Part shown: positions 11,767-22,062 of the stretch, in pieces
How positions within the stretch are numbered: the stretch's first letter is position 1
Layout of the letters: every line of letters begins with the position of its first letter
DNA from: Desulfobulbus propionicus DSM 2032
GTDB taxonomy: Bacteria; Desulfobacterota; Desulfobulbia; Desulfobulbales; Desulfobulbaceae
Direction of reading: 5' to 3'
Length of the DNA: 32,000 nucleotides
NCBI RefSeq assembly: GCF_000186885.1
Contig: NC_014972.1
Coordinates: 2,160,001 to 2,192,000, forward strand
The notes under the pieces: generated by a model
Databases searched by the model: none
What the model saw: only the letters and a program-made list of their open reading frames with translations
Told to the model about the DNA's origin: nothing
Position numbers and translations under genes: made by a program

Positions 11767-13667
11767 GCGATCCGGCCAATTGGAGCAACAGGGAAATGGT
11801 GACAGACAACGACTTGGTCATTGCCCCGGATCAGGCCACGACTCTGCCCGGCCTGTTCCGCCAGCGAGTGACCCGTACCCCGGACCGGACCGCCTTTCGC
11901 CAGTTTGACCGCCAAACCGACAAGTGGCGCGAATATTCCTGGCGACAGGTGGCCGAGGCAATCGGATGCTGGCGACACGGCCTGCGCATCCAGGGACTGC
12001 AAAGGGGAGAGCGGGTCGCCCTGTGGCTGGCCAACAGCGTCGCCTGGGTGGCCTGCGAACAGGCGGCCCTGGCCGAAGGGTTGGTCGTGGTCCCCCTCTA
12101 CGCCCGCGACAATGCCGCCAACCTGGCCTACATCCTCAACGACTGCGGCGCGCGCCTGCTGGTTGTCGACAGCGCTGCCCAGTGGCGGCAACTACGGGGC
12201 TGCGGCCACGCCCTGCCCTCTCTGCAGCAGGTGGTCTGCCTCGAACACATCGACGAGTCTGGTCGGCCCGAATCGCTTTGGCCCGTTGCACAGTGGCTGC
12301 CTCGGGACCCGGTCGCGGACAACGGTCCGATCCTGCAATCAAACGACCTGGCCACCATCATCTACACCTCGGGCACCACCGGCCGCCCCAAGGGGGTGAT
12401 GCTCTCGCACCGCAATATTCTCTGGAACTGCTGGGCCGTGCTTCAGGTCCATCCGGCCCGGCCGGATGACCTTTTCCTCTCCTTTCTGCCCCTGTCTCAT
12501 TCCTTTGAGCGCACGGTCGGCTACTATGTGCCGATGATGGCCGGCTGCTGCATCGCCTACTGCCGCTCCCTCCAGGAGCTGGCCGAAGACATGCGGTTGA
12601 TCCGGCCAACGATCCTCATTTCCGTGCCGCGCATCTACGAACGAATCGCGGCGCGAATCGAGGAACAATTGGAGCGCAAGGGGCGGCTGGCTCGCTGGCT
12701 GTTCGCCGCCGCAGTCACGGTCGGCTTCCGATGTTTCGAGGCCCAACGCGATCAGCGAACGCCCACCCTGCGCGACCGGCTGATTTGGCCACTGCTGCGA
12801 CAACTGGTGGCCATCCCCATGCTGGAGCGGTTCGGCGGCCGGGTCCGGCTGGCGGTCACGGGCGGCGCGCCGGTGCAGGAGGGCATCTCCCGTTTGTTTC
12901 TCGGCATCGGCCTGCCCCTGGTGCAAGGGTACGGCCTCACCGAGGCGGCGCCCGTGGTCAGCACCAACGAACCGGCAAACAACCGGCCGACAACGGTGGG
13001 CCCACCGCTGCCAGGCATCGAGGTGCGCCTGGCCGAGGACCACGAACTGCTGGTCCGCGGTCCGGGGGTGATGCTCGGCTACTGGCAGCAGCCCGAGCTG
13101 ACCGCCGAGGTGCTGGATGCGGACGGATGGTTGAAGACCGGCGATATAGCCCGGATCGACCATGGATTCATCCGCATTATCGGCCGGAGCAAGGAGATCC
13201 TGGTCACCTCCACCGGTGAGAAAGTGGCGCCCGTGGCCATGGAGATGGCCCTGGAACAGCATCCCCTGATCGACCAGGCCATGGTGGTGGGCGAGGGTCG
13301 GCCCCATGTGGCGGCGCTGCTGGTGGTCAATCCCCAGGCCTGGATGCGGCTGGCGGCCCACCTGGGTCTGGATGCGGACGATCCGGCCTCCCTGGACAGC
13401 GATGCGGCACGTGCGGCGGCGCTCTCAACGGTGAGCGGCCTGCTCCGCGCCTTCCCCGCTCCGGCCCAGGTGCGCGGCGTCTGCCTGCTCAGCGAGGAAT
13501 GGACCATCGACAACGGCCTGCTCACCCCAACCCTGAAGCTGATCCGCGACCGGGTCGCGGTCCGATATGCGCGGCAGATCAACGAGCTCTACCGATCCAC
13601 CCGTTCCGTATCCCTTGCACGGCAGGGTGCCGCACCGCTGCATGATGAACAATCAGGGTCTCCATGA
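11763..13667 (+). CDS. long-chain fatty-acid-CoA ligase (AMP-forming)
   Basis: IIYTSGTTGRPKGVMLSHRNILWN, GYGLTEAAPVVSTN, DGWLKTGDIARIDHGFIRIIGRSKEILVTSTGEKVAP. ATG overlaps the upstream stop. Confidence 0.9.
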
Positions 13668-13745
13668 GCCGCGACACGGTATGATTGCCCCCGCGACATA
13701 CCCCTCGAGCCAAACAGTCCCTTCCCCCGTCCAGGAGAACGAAGC

Positions 13746-15467
13746 ATGAAAATTTCATATTGTCTTGTGATGATCGCAGTGGTCTTGGGCCTTGGCCAAG
13801 CCGTCCATGGCGCCACGTGCGAACAGGGAGAGCACACCCATGTGTGGATTGTCCCCCGGGTGGTGCAGGAGGGGACACCGGTCAGGATCATGGCGGTATC
13901 CACGGCCGAGCCGCTCACCGAACTGGTGTTGACCGATCCGCAGGGGCAACGGCAATCGTTGGCCGCCACGGCAAGTAGCGGCGGAATGCCGTGGAGCCTG
14001 ACGGCGGAAACGGAACCCCTTGAAAGCGGGCCGTATCAGGTCGAGGCCAGGACCCAGAACAGGTCGCTGGCTTGCCGGCAGATCGGTTTCGGGGAGAACG
14101 GCAAGGAACGGGCGGTCTGGGATGAGGCGCATGAAGCCTTTTATGCCGCCTGGATTGAGCGGATGTTTGACCATCCGGTCGACGAACAGCTGAGTTTTCC
14201 CTCGCTGGAACCGGTGCTGCGCGATCCTGATCGCAATTTCTTGCACAATGCACTGGGGTTGAAGGAAGACCAAGGGGTGCCGGCCAACCCGGATTGCGCC
14301 GATTTCCCTTATTTTCTCCGGGGCTATTTTGCCTGGAAAAACGGATTGCCGTTCAGCTACCGGGTCTGCAACCGTGGCTCGGCTGTCAAACCTCCGACCT
14401 GCAACCCCGTGGTCATCAGGACCGATTTCGTCGGCAAACGAGCACCATTGGCCACCTTCAAGGCGGTCAGTCACGGCTTGCTGGATGCGGTGCAATCGGG
14501 CAACGGTCGCACCGCGCTGGCCGACGAGGAGACCGACTTTTACCCCGTGCCCCTGGAACGCGAGGCGCTTTGGCCGGGCACGATCTACGCCGACCCCTAT
14601 GGGCATGTGCTGGTCCTGACTAAATGGGTCGACCAGACCCCGGACAGCCCCGGACTCCTCCTGGCGGTCGATGCCCAGCCGGACAATTCCATTGCCCGAA
14701 AGCGATTTTGGGAAGGGACCTTCCTCTTTGCCCCCATCGCCAGCGCCGGCCCCGGATTCAAAGCGTTTCGCCCTCTTGCTGGCAACCGTCTGTTGCACAA
14801 CAAGGAATTACCCAACTATTCGCTGGATCAGGCGTGGTTGAACCCCGATGATTTTTACGCGGAACTCTCCGCGCTCATCAATCCCCATGGTTTGCAGGCG
14901 CATCAGGCCTATGAAGCGACACTCGCCGCCTTGGTCGAACAGTTGGAAACGCGGGTGCAATCGGTTGAAAATGGCGAAGCCTATTTTCGCAAAGGCGGCG
15001 GCACCATCGCGATGCCCAAGGGTGCGGCCATTTTTGAAACCGTCGGTCCATGGGAAGATTACGCCACTCCCTCGCGCGACATGCGCTTGCTGATCGCCAT
15101 GAACGTTGTCCTCAATTTTCCGGAAAAAGTTCTTCACTACCCGCACCTGTTCAACCTGAGCACCACCTCCGCCCGGCAGGTGAAGGCCGAGATCGAGCAG
15201 TTGCATAGCCAGCTGATCAACGAGAAAAGCATCCAGTACAATCGCAGCAACGGTGAACCATGGGAACTGACGGTCGCGGATATTTTGGCGCGAAAATCGG
15301 CCTTCGAGATGGGTTACAACCCCAATGACTGCGTGGAGGTGCGTTGGGGGGCGGAAGAAGGCACCGAGGAATATGCGACCTGCCGCCGTCACGCGCCGGC
15401 CGCGCACGTCCAACAGATGACCGCTGTGCGCGACTGGTTTCGGGAAACCAAGCGGCCATCGCGCTGA
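13746..15467 (+). CDS. secreted uncharacterised protein, 573 aa; possible papain-like fold
   Basis: Signal peptide MKISYCLVMIAVVLGLGQAVHGA; RBS AGGAG. Motifs NPDCADFPYFLRGYFAWKNGLPF and WPGTIYADPYGHVLVLTKW. No family name I can assign with confidence. Confidence 0.85.
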   Translation: MKISYCLVMIAVVLGLGQAVHGATCEQGEHTHVWIVPRVVQEGTPVRIMAVSTAEPLTELVLTDPQGQRQSLAATASSGGMPWSLTAETEPLESGPYQVEARTQNRSLACRQIGFGENGKERAVWDEAHEAFYAAWIERMFDHPVDEQLSFPSLEPVLRDPDRNFLHNALGLKEDQGVPANPDCADFPYFLRGYFAWKNGLPFSYRVCNRGSAVKPPTCNPVVIRTDFVGKRAPLATFKAVSHGLLDAVQSGNGRTALADEETDFYPVPLEREALWPGTIYADPYGHVLVLTKWVDQTPDSPGLLLAVDAQPDNSIARKRFWEGTFLFAPIASAGPGFKAFRPLAGNRLLHNKELPNYSLDQAWLNPDDFYAELSALINPHGLQAHQAYEATLAALVEQLETRVQSVENGEAYFRKGGGTIAMPKGAAIFETVGPWEDYATPSRDMRLLIAMNVVLNFPEKVLHYPHLFNLSTTSARQVKAEIEQLHSQLINEKSIQYNRSNGEPWELTVADILARKSAFEMGYNPNDCVEVRWGAEEGTEEYATCRRHAPAAHVQQMTAVRDWFRETKRPSR

Positions 15468-15551
15468 ATCAGCCGCGTACCTCACCGACAGGATGGAACG
15501 CTGATGGCCATCGCCCGGGAGCCAGCGTTCCACGCCCCTGTCCACCTCCGG

Positions 15552-15590
15552 GCCCATCGGCTTGCCGCCGATGGGCATTCGATTCTTTTT
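15552..15590 (+). terminator. possible terminator downstream of the secreted protein gene
   Basis: Perfect 9-bp inverted repeat GCCCATCGG-CTTGCCG-CCGATGGGC (15552-15576), with a T-rich stretch (GATTCTTTTT) starting a few bases later. Confidence 0.45.
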
Positions 15591-17988
15591 AACTCAGATA
15601 CAATTCGTCCAGCGACTTGAACAGCTGTTCGCGGGCGGTCTCGAACTCCTGCATCAGCGCGCCCGCCTGTTTGGAGTTGCCCTGCTGGATCAGCTCGGCA
15701 ATCTGCCTGGCCAACTGGTGCACCTTGGCATGCTGTGCACCGACCTCGGCAAAATGCGGTCGGTCGCGCAGGGCCTGTCCCTCGGAACCAAAGTACCATT
15801 GGCCGAACTCGCATTCCCGATCCGAGGCAACCTCTTCCGGGCGGAGGGCCTCCTTGCCGTTGAGCACCGCTTCCAGGCGGGAGCGCCACTGCATGTGCGC
15901 CGCCTTGACCTTGCCGATGTTGAACCGGGCCTGCTGGGTCTTGAATCGGTCCACCACCTCGGACAATCGTTCGGACAGGTTGAACAGATCGCGGGCATGG
16001 CTGGTGAGCTGCGCGCTGACAATGTTCATCTCCTCGGAAGCCCGGTTGACATCGACGATGTCCTTGCTGATCTCGCCGGTGACCAGCGAGACCTCGCCGA
16101 CATTGTGATTGACCTCCTGAATGCCCTGGGAAGCCTGGCTGAGGTTGGCCGCGATTTCCGCCGTGGCCACCGACTGCTCTTCAACGGCGGCGGCGATGGT
16201 GGCCACCAGCTCGTTGACATCGTTGATCACCGTTGAAATCCGTTCAATTTCATCGACCGTCTCGCCGGTCGAGGTCTGGATCGCCTCGATCTTTCCCTTG
16301 ATCTCGCCGGTGGCGACCGCGGTCTGCTTGGCCAATTCCTTGATTTCATTGGCCACCACCGCGAACCCCTTGCCCGACTCGCCGGCCCGGGCCGCCTCGA
16401 TGGTCGCATTGAGCGCCAGCAGGTTGGTTTGCTCGGAGATCTCGGTAATCACCTCGGTGACCTTGCCGATATCGTTCACATCGCTTCCCAGCCGGTTCAC
16501 CTTGTCCGAGGCAGTGGTGGCCCCCAAAGCGGCCTTCTGGGCAATGAGGCGCGCATGTTCGGCATTGCCGGCAATTTCCTTGACCGTTGCCGCCATCTGC
16601 TCCACGGCCGTGGCCACCGCGTTGACGTTGCCGGAGGCCTCCTCGCTGGCAGTCGCCACCGAGGCCATGTTGGCGCTCATCGATTCGGCGCCGTGCGCCA
16701 TCCTGGCGGACTTTGCCGTCGCGTCCACCGTGTTTTTCGACAATTGCTGGGCAATGGTGCTGAGATCATCCGACGACAGCCGCAGGCTGTTGGCCTTGGA
16801 GCCGAAATCGCGGACAATCCGTTCCAGCCGATCAAGAAAGAGATTGAACCATTGGGCCAGCTCTCCGACCTCGTCTTTCTTTAAAATTTGCAGCCGTTTG
16901 GTCAAATCGCCCTCGCCCTCGGCAATGTCCTTGAGCATGGTCGCCGTGCGCTGGATGGGCACGACCACCGCACGGACGCTCAACAACAGCGGCACGATCA
17001 CCGCCACCAGCAGGGCCGCGCACAGCCCGATCAATCCGCGCTCGATGGTGCGCATCTGCCGATACAACTCCGCCGCGTTGTAGACATAGGCCATGACCCC
17101 CACCTGCTTGCCGCTGAAATCCTTGATGGGAAAGAAGGTGGTGAAATAATCGCCGACGCGTTCCATGCGCACCCCGTCCCGTCCGCCGGCGAGCAGCTCC
17201 GCGGTGATGACCGCGTCGGTGGTCTGCCGATTGGAGGAGGAGACAAACACAAAGGCGTCGCCGACAATCGGATGCTTGGCCGCATCCTGCAGCTCGGTGG
17301 CAATGGCCAGGGAGGCTTTGTTCATGTACACGGCGATGTGCTCGTTTTCGTTGCTCACGCCGTACTGCACCAACGGATCATAGGAGGAGAGCGATTCCAC
17401 CGACCCTAAAAACCGGCTGTCGTCGGCAAGGATGGGCGCTATGCCGCGAATCTCAAACCCGCCCCTTCCCACCTCGACGCCGACAACCCGCTGATGCGAG
17501 CCTTGGTTGATGGCGGTTACCGTTTCCCGGAAGGAGGCCAGGTCATCGCTGGTGCGCTGATCCTTTTTCCATACCCGCAACAGGCTGCGGGCCGACGGCA
17601 CGTGAAAGTGGAGCCGCAGGGCTTTGTTGTCGCTGTTTTCCTTGAAGCCCTTTTCGATGGAGGCAAAATAGGCGCGGAGCTGCTGCCGGGCCTTTTCCAT
17701 CTGCTGATCGCCCTCATCGTCGAGCCGGCCCTGATGGGCGGTTTCATAGGCCTCAAGCACCGGCTTGGCCCGGCTGAACAGGGCGGCCTGAGCCAGCATT
17801 TCATTGGCGATGCGTTTCTCGCTGGCGGCGATGTCCGCCACCTTCGATTGGCCAAGCCGATCCAGATTATGCTCCATCAACCGCCCGATGGTGCGATCGG
17901 CCACCCCATATAAAACCAGGGAAAAGAGGATCGTGACCCCGGCAATCGGCAGTAGCACCCGCGGGGCTATTCGCTGGAAGACGTGCAT
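15589..17988 (-). CDS. methyl-accepting chemotaxis protein: periplasmic (double Cache-like) sensor, HAMP, signalling domain, C-terminal CZB
   Basis: Signalling core [48 protein letters not shown]; HAMP ([26 protein letters not shown]); C-terminal Cys/His-rich CZB-like region ([17 protein letters not shown]...CEFGQWYFG...[18 protein letters not shown]). ATG at 17988 ([18 protein letters not shown]). Confidence 0.9.
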   Translation of the reverse strand: MHVFQRIAPRVLLPIAGVTILFSLVLYGVADRTIGRLMEHNLDRLGQSKVADIAASEKRIANEMLAQAALFSRAKPVLEAYETAHQGRLDDEGDQQMEKARQQLRAYFASIEKGFKENSDNKALRLHFHVPSARSLLRVWKKDQRTSDDLASFRETVTAINQGSHQRVVGVEVGRGGFEIRGIAPILADDSRFLGSVESLSSYDPLVQYGVSNENEHIAVYMNKASLAIATELQDAAKHPIVGDAFVFVSSSNRQTTDAVITAELLAGGRDGVRMERVGDYFTTFFPIKDFSGKQVGVMAYVYNAAELYRQMRTIERGLIGLCAALLVAVIVPLLLSVRAVVVPIQRTATMLKDIAEGEGDLTKRLQILKKDEVGELAQWFNLFLDRLERIVRDFGSKANSLRLSSDDLSTIAQQLSKNTVDATAKSARMAHGAESMSANMASVATASEEASGNVNAVATAVEQMAATVKEIAGNAEHARLIAQKAALGATTASDKVNRLGSDVNDIGKVTEVITEISEQTNLLALNATIEAARAGESGKGFAVVANEIKELAKQTAVATGEIKGKIEAIQTSTGETVDEIERISTVINDVNELVATIAAAVEEQSVATAEIAANLSQASQGIQEVNHNVGEVSLVTGEISKDIVDVNRASEEMNIVSAQLTSHARDLFNLSERLSEVVDRFKTQQARFNIGKVKAAHMQWRSRLEAVLNGKEALRPEEVASDRECEFGQWYFGSEGQALRDRPHFAEVGAQHAKVHQLARQIAELIQQGNSKQAGALMQEFETAREQLFKSLDELYLS

Positions 17989-18355
17989 GCTCAGGCTCCT
18001 TGAATGGGTGTTGTTCTGAAACCGTCCCCAGACCACATGGACGGAATATACATGAAAATTGTACTGAAATACGAATGGATGTCAAGAAACGCGGGGCAAC
18101 GATTCGCAAAGAACAAACGCCGCCCGGTGCCACAGCGCGGTACCGGAATGATTCAATATCGTTGACGGCAGGAGCGAAACCGGTTGAACCAGCCAAGAAG
18201 CCGACGAAACGGTGGGCGTGGCTTCGGTGTCGCGGAGGGGGCGGTGGCGACTGCGGACGTCACCAAAAACGCAATGAGGCGCCGCCGGTGACCCGACAGC
18301 GCCTCTTCATGGACCATGCACAGACGGAACGCCCGCCTGGGGCGATGCTCGACGC

Positions 18356-19789
18356 TTAGAAAAACAGATCGCGGCTCTGGCCGCTGCGGATCATCTCCAC
18401 ATTCTGGCGTGCTTTTTCCCGGTGTTCGGGTTTGGGCACCTTGTCCAGCTCCCGGTCCACCAGCCGGTACCCCAGGGCCTTGACCTCGGGCGAGGCGTAG
18501 TCTTCCAGGTATTCGGACAGGGTCATCAGGGCGTTGGGATGACAGACGTTCTTGATCTGGCCGCTCTTGGCGAGCGCCATGAAGCGATCGCCGGTGCGGC
18601 CGGAGCGGTAGCAGGCGGTGCACCAGGAGGGCACCAACCCTTCTTCCATCAACCAATGGATGATCTCGTCGGCGGTGCGTTCGTCGTTCTTGGCGAACTG
18701 GGCGGTCAGTTCCTGATCGACCACCCCGGTCTCGCGGCGGCGCTTCTCGGCCATGTAGCCGCCAACCCCGACCGCGCTGCAGGCGCTCATCTGGGTGATG
18801 CCGCAGTCGAGCAGATCCTTGCGCATGGCCGCGTTCTCGCGGGTGGAAATGATGATGCCGGTGTAGGGCACGGCCAGGCGGAGCACGGCGACGATCTTCT
18901 TGAAGGTTGGATCGTCCGGGATGTTGGGGTAGACAGCACTGAGATCGACGCCCTCGGCCGGACGGATACGCGGCACCGAGATGGTATGGAAGCCGACCCC
19001 GTAGGTTTTTTCCAGGTGCTCGTTGTGGAGCATCATCGCCAGGGCCTCGAAATAGGGATCGTGGAGGCCAAAGAGCACGCCCGCGCCGACATCGTCGATG
19101 CCGCCGGCCATGGCCCGGTCAAAGGCGGTGGTGTGGTACCAATAATCCCGTTTCGGCCCGGCTAGGTGGTATTTTTCGTAGGTCGGCTGGTGGTAGGTTT
19201 CCTGGAAGAGGATGTAGGTACCGATGCCCACCGCCTTGAGCTTGCGGTAATTCTCCACCGTGGTCGCGGCGATGTTGACGTTGACCCGGCGGATCTCGCC
19301 GGAGAGATCGGCCTGGGTCTTGTAAATGGTGCGCAAGCAGTCGAGGATGTAGTCGATCGGACAGTTGACGTCGTCCTCGCCCGCTTCCAAGGCGATGCGC
19401 TTGTGGCCCATGCGCACGATCTCGATGATCTCGTCACGGACCTCCTCCTGGGTCAGCTTGCGGCGCTTGAAGCTGTGGCAATCGTTGTAGGCGCAGTAGG
19501 CGCATCGGTTGACGCAGAAGTCGCTCACATAGAGCGGCGCGAACATGACGATGCGGTTGCCGTAGATCTCTTCCTTGATACGGCGGGCCACCTGGAACAG
19601 CCGGTCCAGGTGTTTGTCGTCCATCTTGAGCAGTCTGGCCACTTCGAGATGGCTCAAGCCCTCGAAGCGGGACGCCCGGTCGAGGATGGTCTCAATCTCG
19701 TTGTCCGGAGTATCGGCCGCCTGGGCCAGGATGGTCTCGATCTCCTCGGGACGGATGAATTCCTCAATTTCCATAGTTTCAATCAACAT
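18356..19789 (-). CDS. hydG: [FeFe] hydrogenase H-cluster radical SAM maturase HydG
   Basis: Radical SAM CVNRCAYCAYNDCHSFKRRKLTQEEV, FQETYHQPTYEKYHLAGPKRDYWYHTTAFDRAMAGGIDDVGAGVLFGLHDPYFEAL, and C-terminal CTACYRSGRTGDRFM with LFF terminus. Confidence 0.95.
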   Translation of the reverse strand: MLIETMEIEEFIRPEEIETILAQAADTPDNEIETILDRASRFEGLSHLEVARLLKMDDKHLDRLFQVARRIKEEIYGNRIVMFAPLYVSDFCVNRCAYCAYNDCHSFKRRKLTQEEVRDEIIEIVRMGHKRIALEAGEDDVNCPIDYILDCLRTIYKTQADLSGEIRRVNVNIAATTVENYRKLKAVGIGTYILFQETYHQPTYEKYHLAGPKRDYWYHTTAFDRAMAGGIDDVGAGVLFGLHDPYFEALAMMLHNEHLEKTYGVGFHTISVPRIRPAEGVDLSAVYPNIPDDPTFKKIVAVLRLAVPYTGIIISTRENAAMRKDLLDCGITQMSACSAVGVGGYMAEKRRRETGVVDQELTAQFAKNDERTADEIIHWLMEEGLVPSWCTACYRSGRTGDRFMALAKSGQIKNVCHPNALMTLSEYLEDYASPEVKALGYRLVDRELDKVPKPEHREKARQNVEMIRSGQSRDLFF

Positions 19790-19939
19790 AGAGTGACCTC
19801 CCACTCACCGGCAGGTGGTTGTTGACGGACAACGGCCATCTGTCGTCAGGGGCACTGGCAGGGTATGGCCAATGCGGGAAAACCCACCAGCCCGAACCGT
19901 GCGAGCTGATGGGAGCTGGATGGATGGAGGGGCGGGAAG

Positions 19940-19975
19940 GCCGGCTCGGTCAGGATTGAGCTGTGACCGGCCGGC
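19940..19975. repeat. strong intergenic stem-loop between nrfD-like gene and hydG
   Basis: GCCGG-CTC-GGTCA-GGATTGAGCTG-TGACC-GG-CCGGC, two nested perfect 5-bp arms. Confidence 0.55.
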
Positions 19976-20040
19976 ATGGCCTCCCCTCAAATAGGATTAT
20001 TTCTCAATAATAGATGCTCTTCCGCTGCCAGGCAAGCCGC

Positions 20041-21243
20041 TTATGCCTGGACACAACCTGCGTTGTGCGGCTGCATCTGCTCCTTGTCGGTATTGACGTA
20101 GGTGTCCCGATGCTCGTGGGCCGGAAAAACGTCAAAATTCTCGACGATGAACAGATAGACCAGAATGCCGATGGAGATCAAACCAATCGACAGGAACAGC
20201 TCGCCGGCGGAAGGAAAGTAGCTTTCCCCGGCTGCTTCGGCCATGCCGGTGAACACCACGTTGCCACGGTTCAGCGCCACGCCGAGCACCATGAGCACCG
20301 CGTTGCGCACGATCATTGTTTTGGTCATCACCTTACCGCGCAGCTTGTAGCTCCAGAAGAAGTAGACCGGAATGACGCAGCCGATGGCCAGTTCGAGCAG
20401 GCACATGAGGCTCTCCGTGTCCAAGGCGAACAGCGAACCCAACTGGCCGCGGATGGCCAGGTCGGAAAAACGGAGCACCGTGTAAAAGCTCATCACATAC
20501 CCGGACCATTTGGCCAGGAAGGTCATGGCCGGTTCGTCCCAGTCGTGGCGGAAAAAGCGTCCGGCCAGGGCGGTCTCGCAAGTGACCATGGCCGGCCCGA
20601 CGGCCACGGCCGAGGAGTAGTAGAGGATCGGCAGCAGCATGGTCCACCACAGTTCATTGAGCTTGCCCAGGGTGAGCACGTACATCGAACCCAGGGACGA
20701 CTGGTGCATGGTAGAGAGGGCAATACCGCCGATGACCAGCGGCGCGGTTAGACTGGTGAAGAAGGAGGAAATCTTTTTCATCCCCAGCCCCTTGAACAGC
20801 ACCGGGGCAAATTCACACGTCAAGACAATGGTATAGAGCAAAACGCACATGTAGAGTTCAAACATGACCGAATGCTCGCCCCAGCTGAAGATCGGGTGCC
20901 ACCACCCGTACCAGCGGCCCAGATCCATCAGCAAACCGAAGCCGACCAGGCAGTAGCCGAGCCAGGCCGTGAGGATGGCCGGCTTGACCACGGATTTGAC
21001 CTTCTTGACGCCGAGCACATAGTAGATGCCGGCGGTGGTGAAGCCGCCGGCGGCCAGGGCCACGCCCAGCTTGACGTCGATGAAGATCCACAGTCCCCAG
21101 GGCCAGGCATCGGTAAGGTTGGTCATCTGCAGCCCGTTGACCAGGCGGTAAGCAACAATGCCGACGAAGATCAGCGAGAAGGCGATCAATACCAGCCGGA
21201 ACGGGGTCATTTTAAAGGTGAGACGATTGCCGTTGATGGTCAT
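20041..21243 (-). CDS. NrfD/HybB-like polytopic membrane subunit
   Basis: 400-aa multi-TM protein (FRLVLIAFSLIFVGIVAYRLVNGLQMTNL...PWGLWIFIDVKLGVALAAGGFTTAGIYYVLG...LSTMHQSSLGSMYVLTLGKLNELWW), NrfD/HybB-type quinone-interacting subunit; start overlaps FeS gene stop. Confidence 0.85.
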   Translation of the reverse strand: MTINGNRLTFKMTPFRLVLIAFSLIFVGIVAYRLVNGLQMTNLTDAWPWGLWIFIDVKLGVALAAGGFTTAGIYYVLGVKKVKSVVKPAILTAWLGYCLVGFGLLMDLGRWYGWWHPIFSWGEHSVMFELYMCVLLYTIVLTCEFAPVLFKGLGMKKISSFFTSLTAPLVIGGIALSTMHQSSLGSMYVLTLGKLNELWWTMLLPILYYSSAVAVGPAMVTCETALAGRFFRHDWDEPAMTFLAKWSGYVMSFYTVLRFSDLAIRGQLGSLFALDTESLMCLLELAIGCVIPVYFFWSYKLRGKVMTKTMIVRNAVLMVLGVALNRGNVVFTGMAEAAGESYFPSAGELFLSIGLISIGILVYLFIVENFDVFPAHEHRDTYVNTDKEQMQPHNAGCVQA

Positions 21244-22040
21244 GCCTGCGGCCCTCCTGTGTTGTCCTGTTTACCCTCCGCAATGGCGTTGCGGCGTTTG
21301 TTGAAGAAATAGATACCGGAGAGGATGGCGGTCCAGCCGAGCAGGATCGCCGGCAGCTTGCTGAGAATCTGCCAGGTGTAGGCGGGCAGCGACTCCTGCG
21401 GCACCGCGGTCTTGAAGCCGAGCGCGTCGAACGGCTGATCGGAGAGATACAGCCAGGCGGTGCCGCCAACCTCGGTCTCGCCGAACACATGGTTGACATA
21501 GAGCGCCTTGTTGCCCTCGATCCGCCGGTGCGCCTCCTTGATCAGTTCATCGCGGTCGCCGAAGGTCATCACCTGGTTGGGGCAGACGGCGATGCAGGCG
21601 GGCTGCTCGCCGGCGGCCACGCGTGAATAACACATCTGGCACTTGGACACCTTGGGGAAGCTCTTGTCCCACTCGTACTTGGGGATATTGAAGGGGCAAG
21701 CCACCATGCAATAACGGCAGCCCACGCACAGGTCCGGATGGTAGACCACCGGTCCTTCCGGCGTCCTGCGCAGGGCGCCGACCAGACAGGACGAGGCGCA
21801 GGCCGGATCGACGCAGTGCAAACACTGCTTCTTGGCAAAGCGCCAGGCTTCCTGGCCGCTCTTGTCGGTCACGTCATGCTTGCTGACCACGGTCCAGTTG
21901 ATATCCACCAACTGCGCCGCCTCTCCCACGGTGGGTTTGTTGACCTCATCGTATTTCTTTTCGTTCCATAGCTTGCAGGCCACGGTACACGCGCCGCAGC
22001 CGAAGCATTTGGTCATGTCGACCAGAACTCCCTTTGACAT
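21240..22040 (-). CDS. 4Fe-4S ferredoxin-type (HybA-like) electron-transfer subunit with C-terminal TM
   Basis: Multiple CxxCxxCxxxC sites (CFGCGACTVAC, CLHCVDPACASSC, CVGCRYCMVAC, CQMCYSRVAAGEQPACIAVC) and a C-terminal hydrophobic helix (LPAILLGWTAILSGIYFF). ATG 22040 preceded by GAGGGA; the 22046 start in the track is a TTG. Confidence 0.88.
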   Translation of the reverse strand: MSKGVLVDMTKCFGCGACTVACKLWNEKKYDEVNKPTVGEAAQLVDINWTVVSKHDVTDKSGQEAWRFAKKQCLHCVDPACASSCLVGALRRTPEGPVVYHPDLCVGCRYCMVACPFNIPKYEWDKSFPKVSKCQMCYSRVAAGEQPACIAVCPNQVMTFGDRDELIKEAHRRIEGNKALYVNHVFGETEVGGTAWLYLSDQPFDALGFKTAVPQESLPAYTWQILSKLPAILLGWTAILSGIYFFNKRRNAIAEGKQDNTGGPQA

Positions 22041-22062
22041 AATCAATCCCTCGTGTTCCGGC

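Noticed and set aside
18037-18355. Possible riboswitch or small gene between the chemoreceptor and HydG (ORFs 18000-18359 +, 18153-18656 -)
   Set aside because: I looked for c-di-GMP-type riboswitch signatures and found only weak, unconvincing similarity; ORFs overlap known genes and lack motifs.
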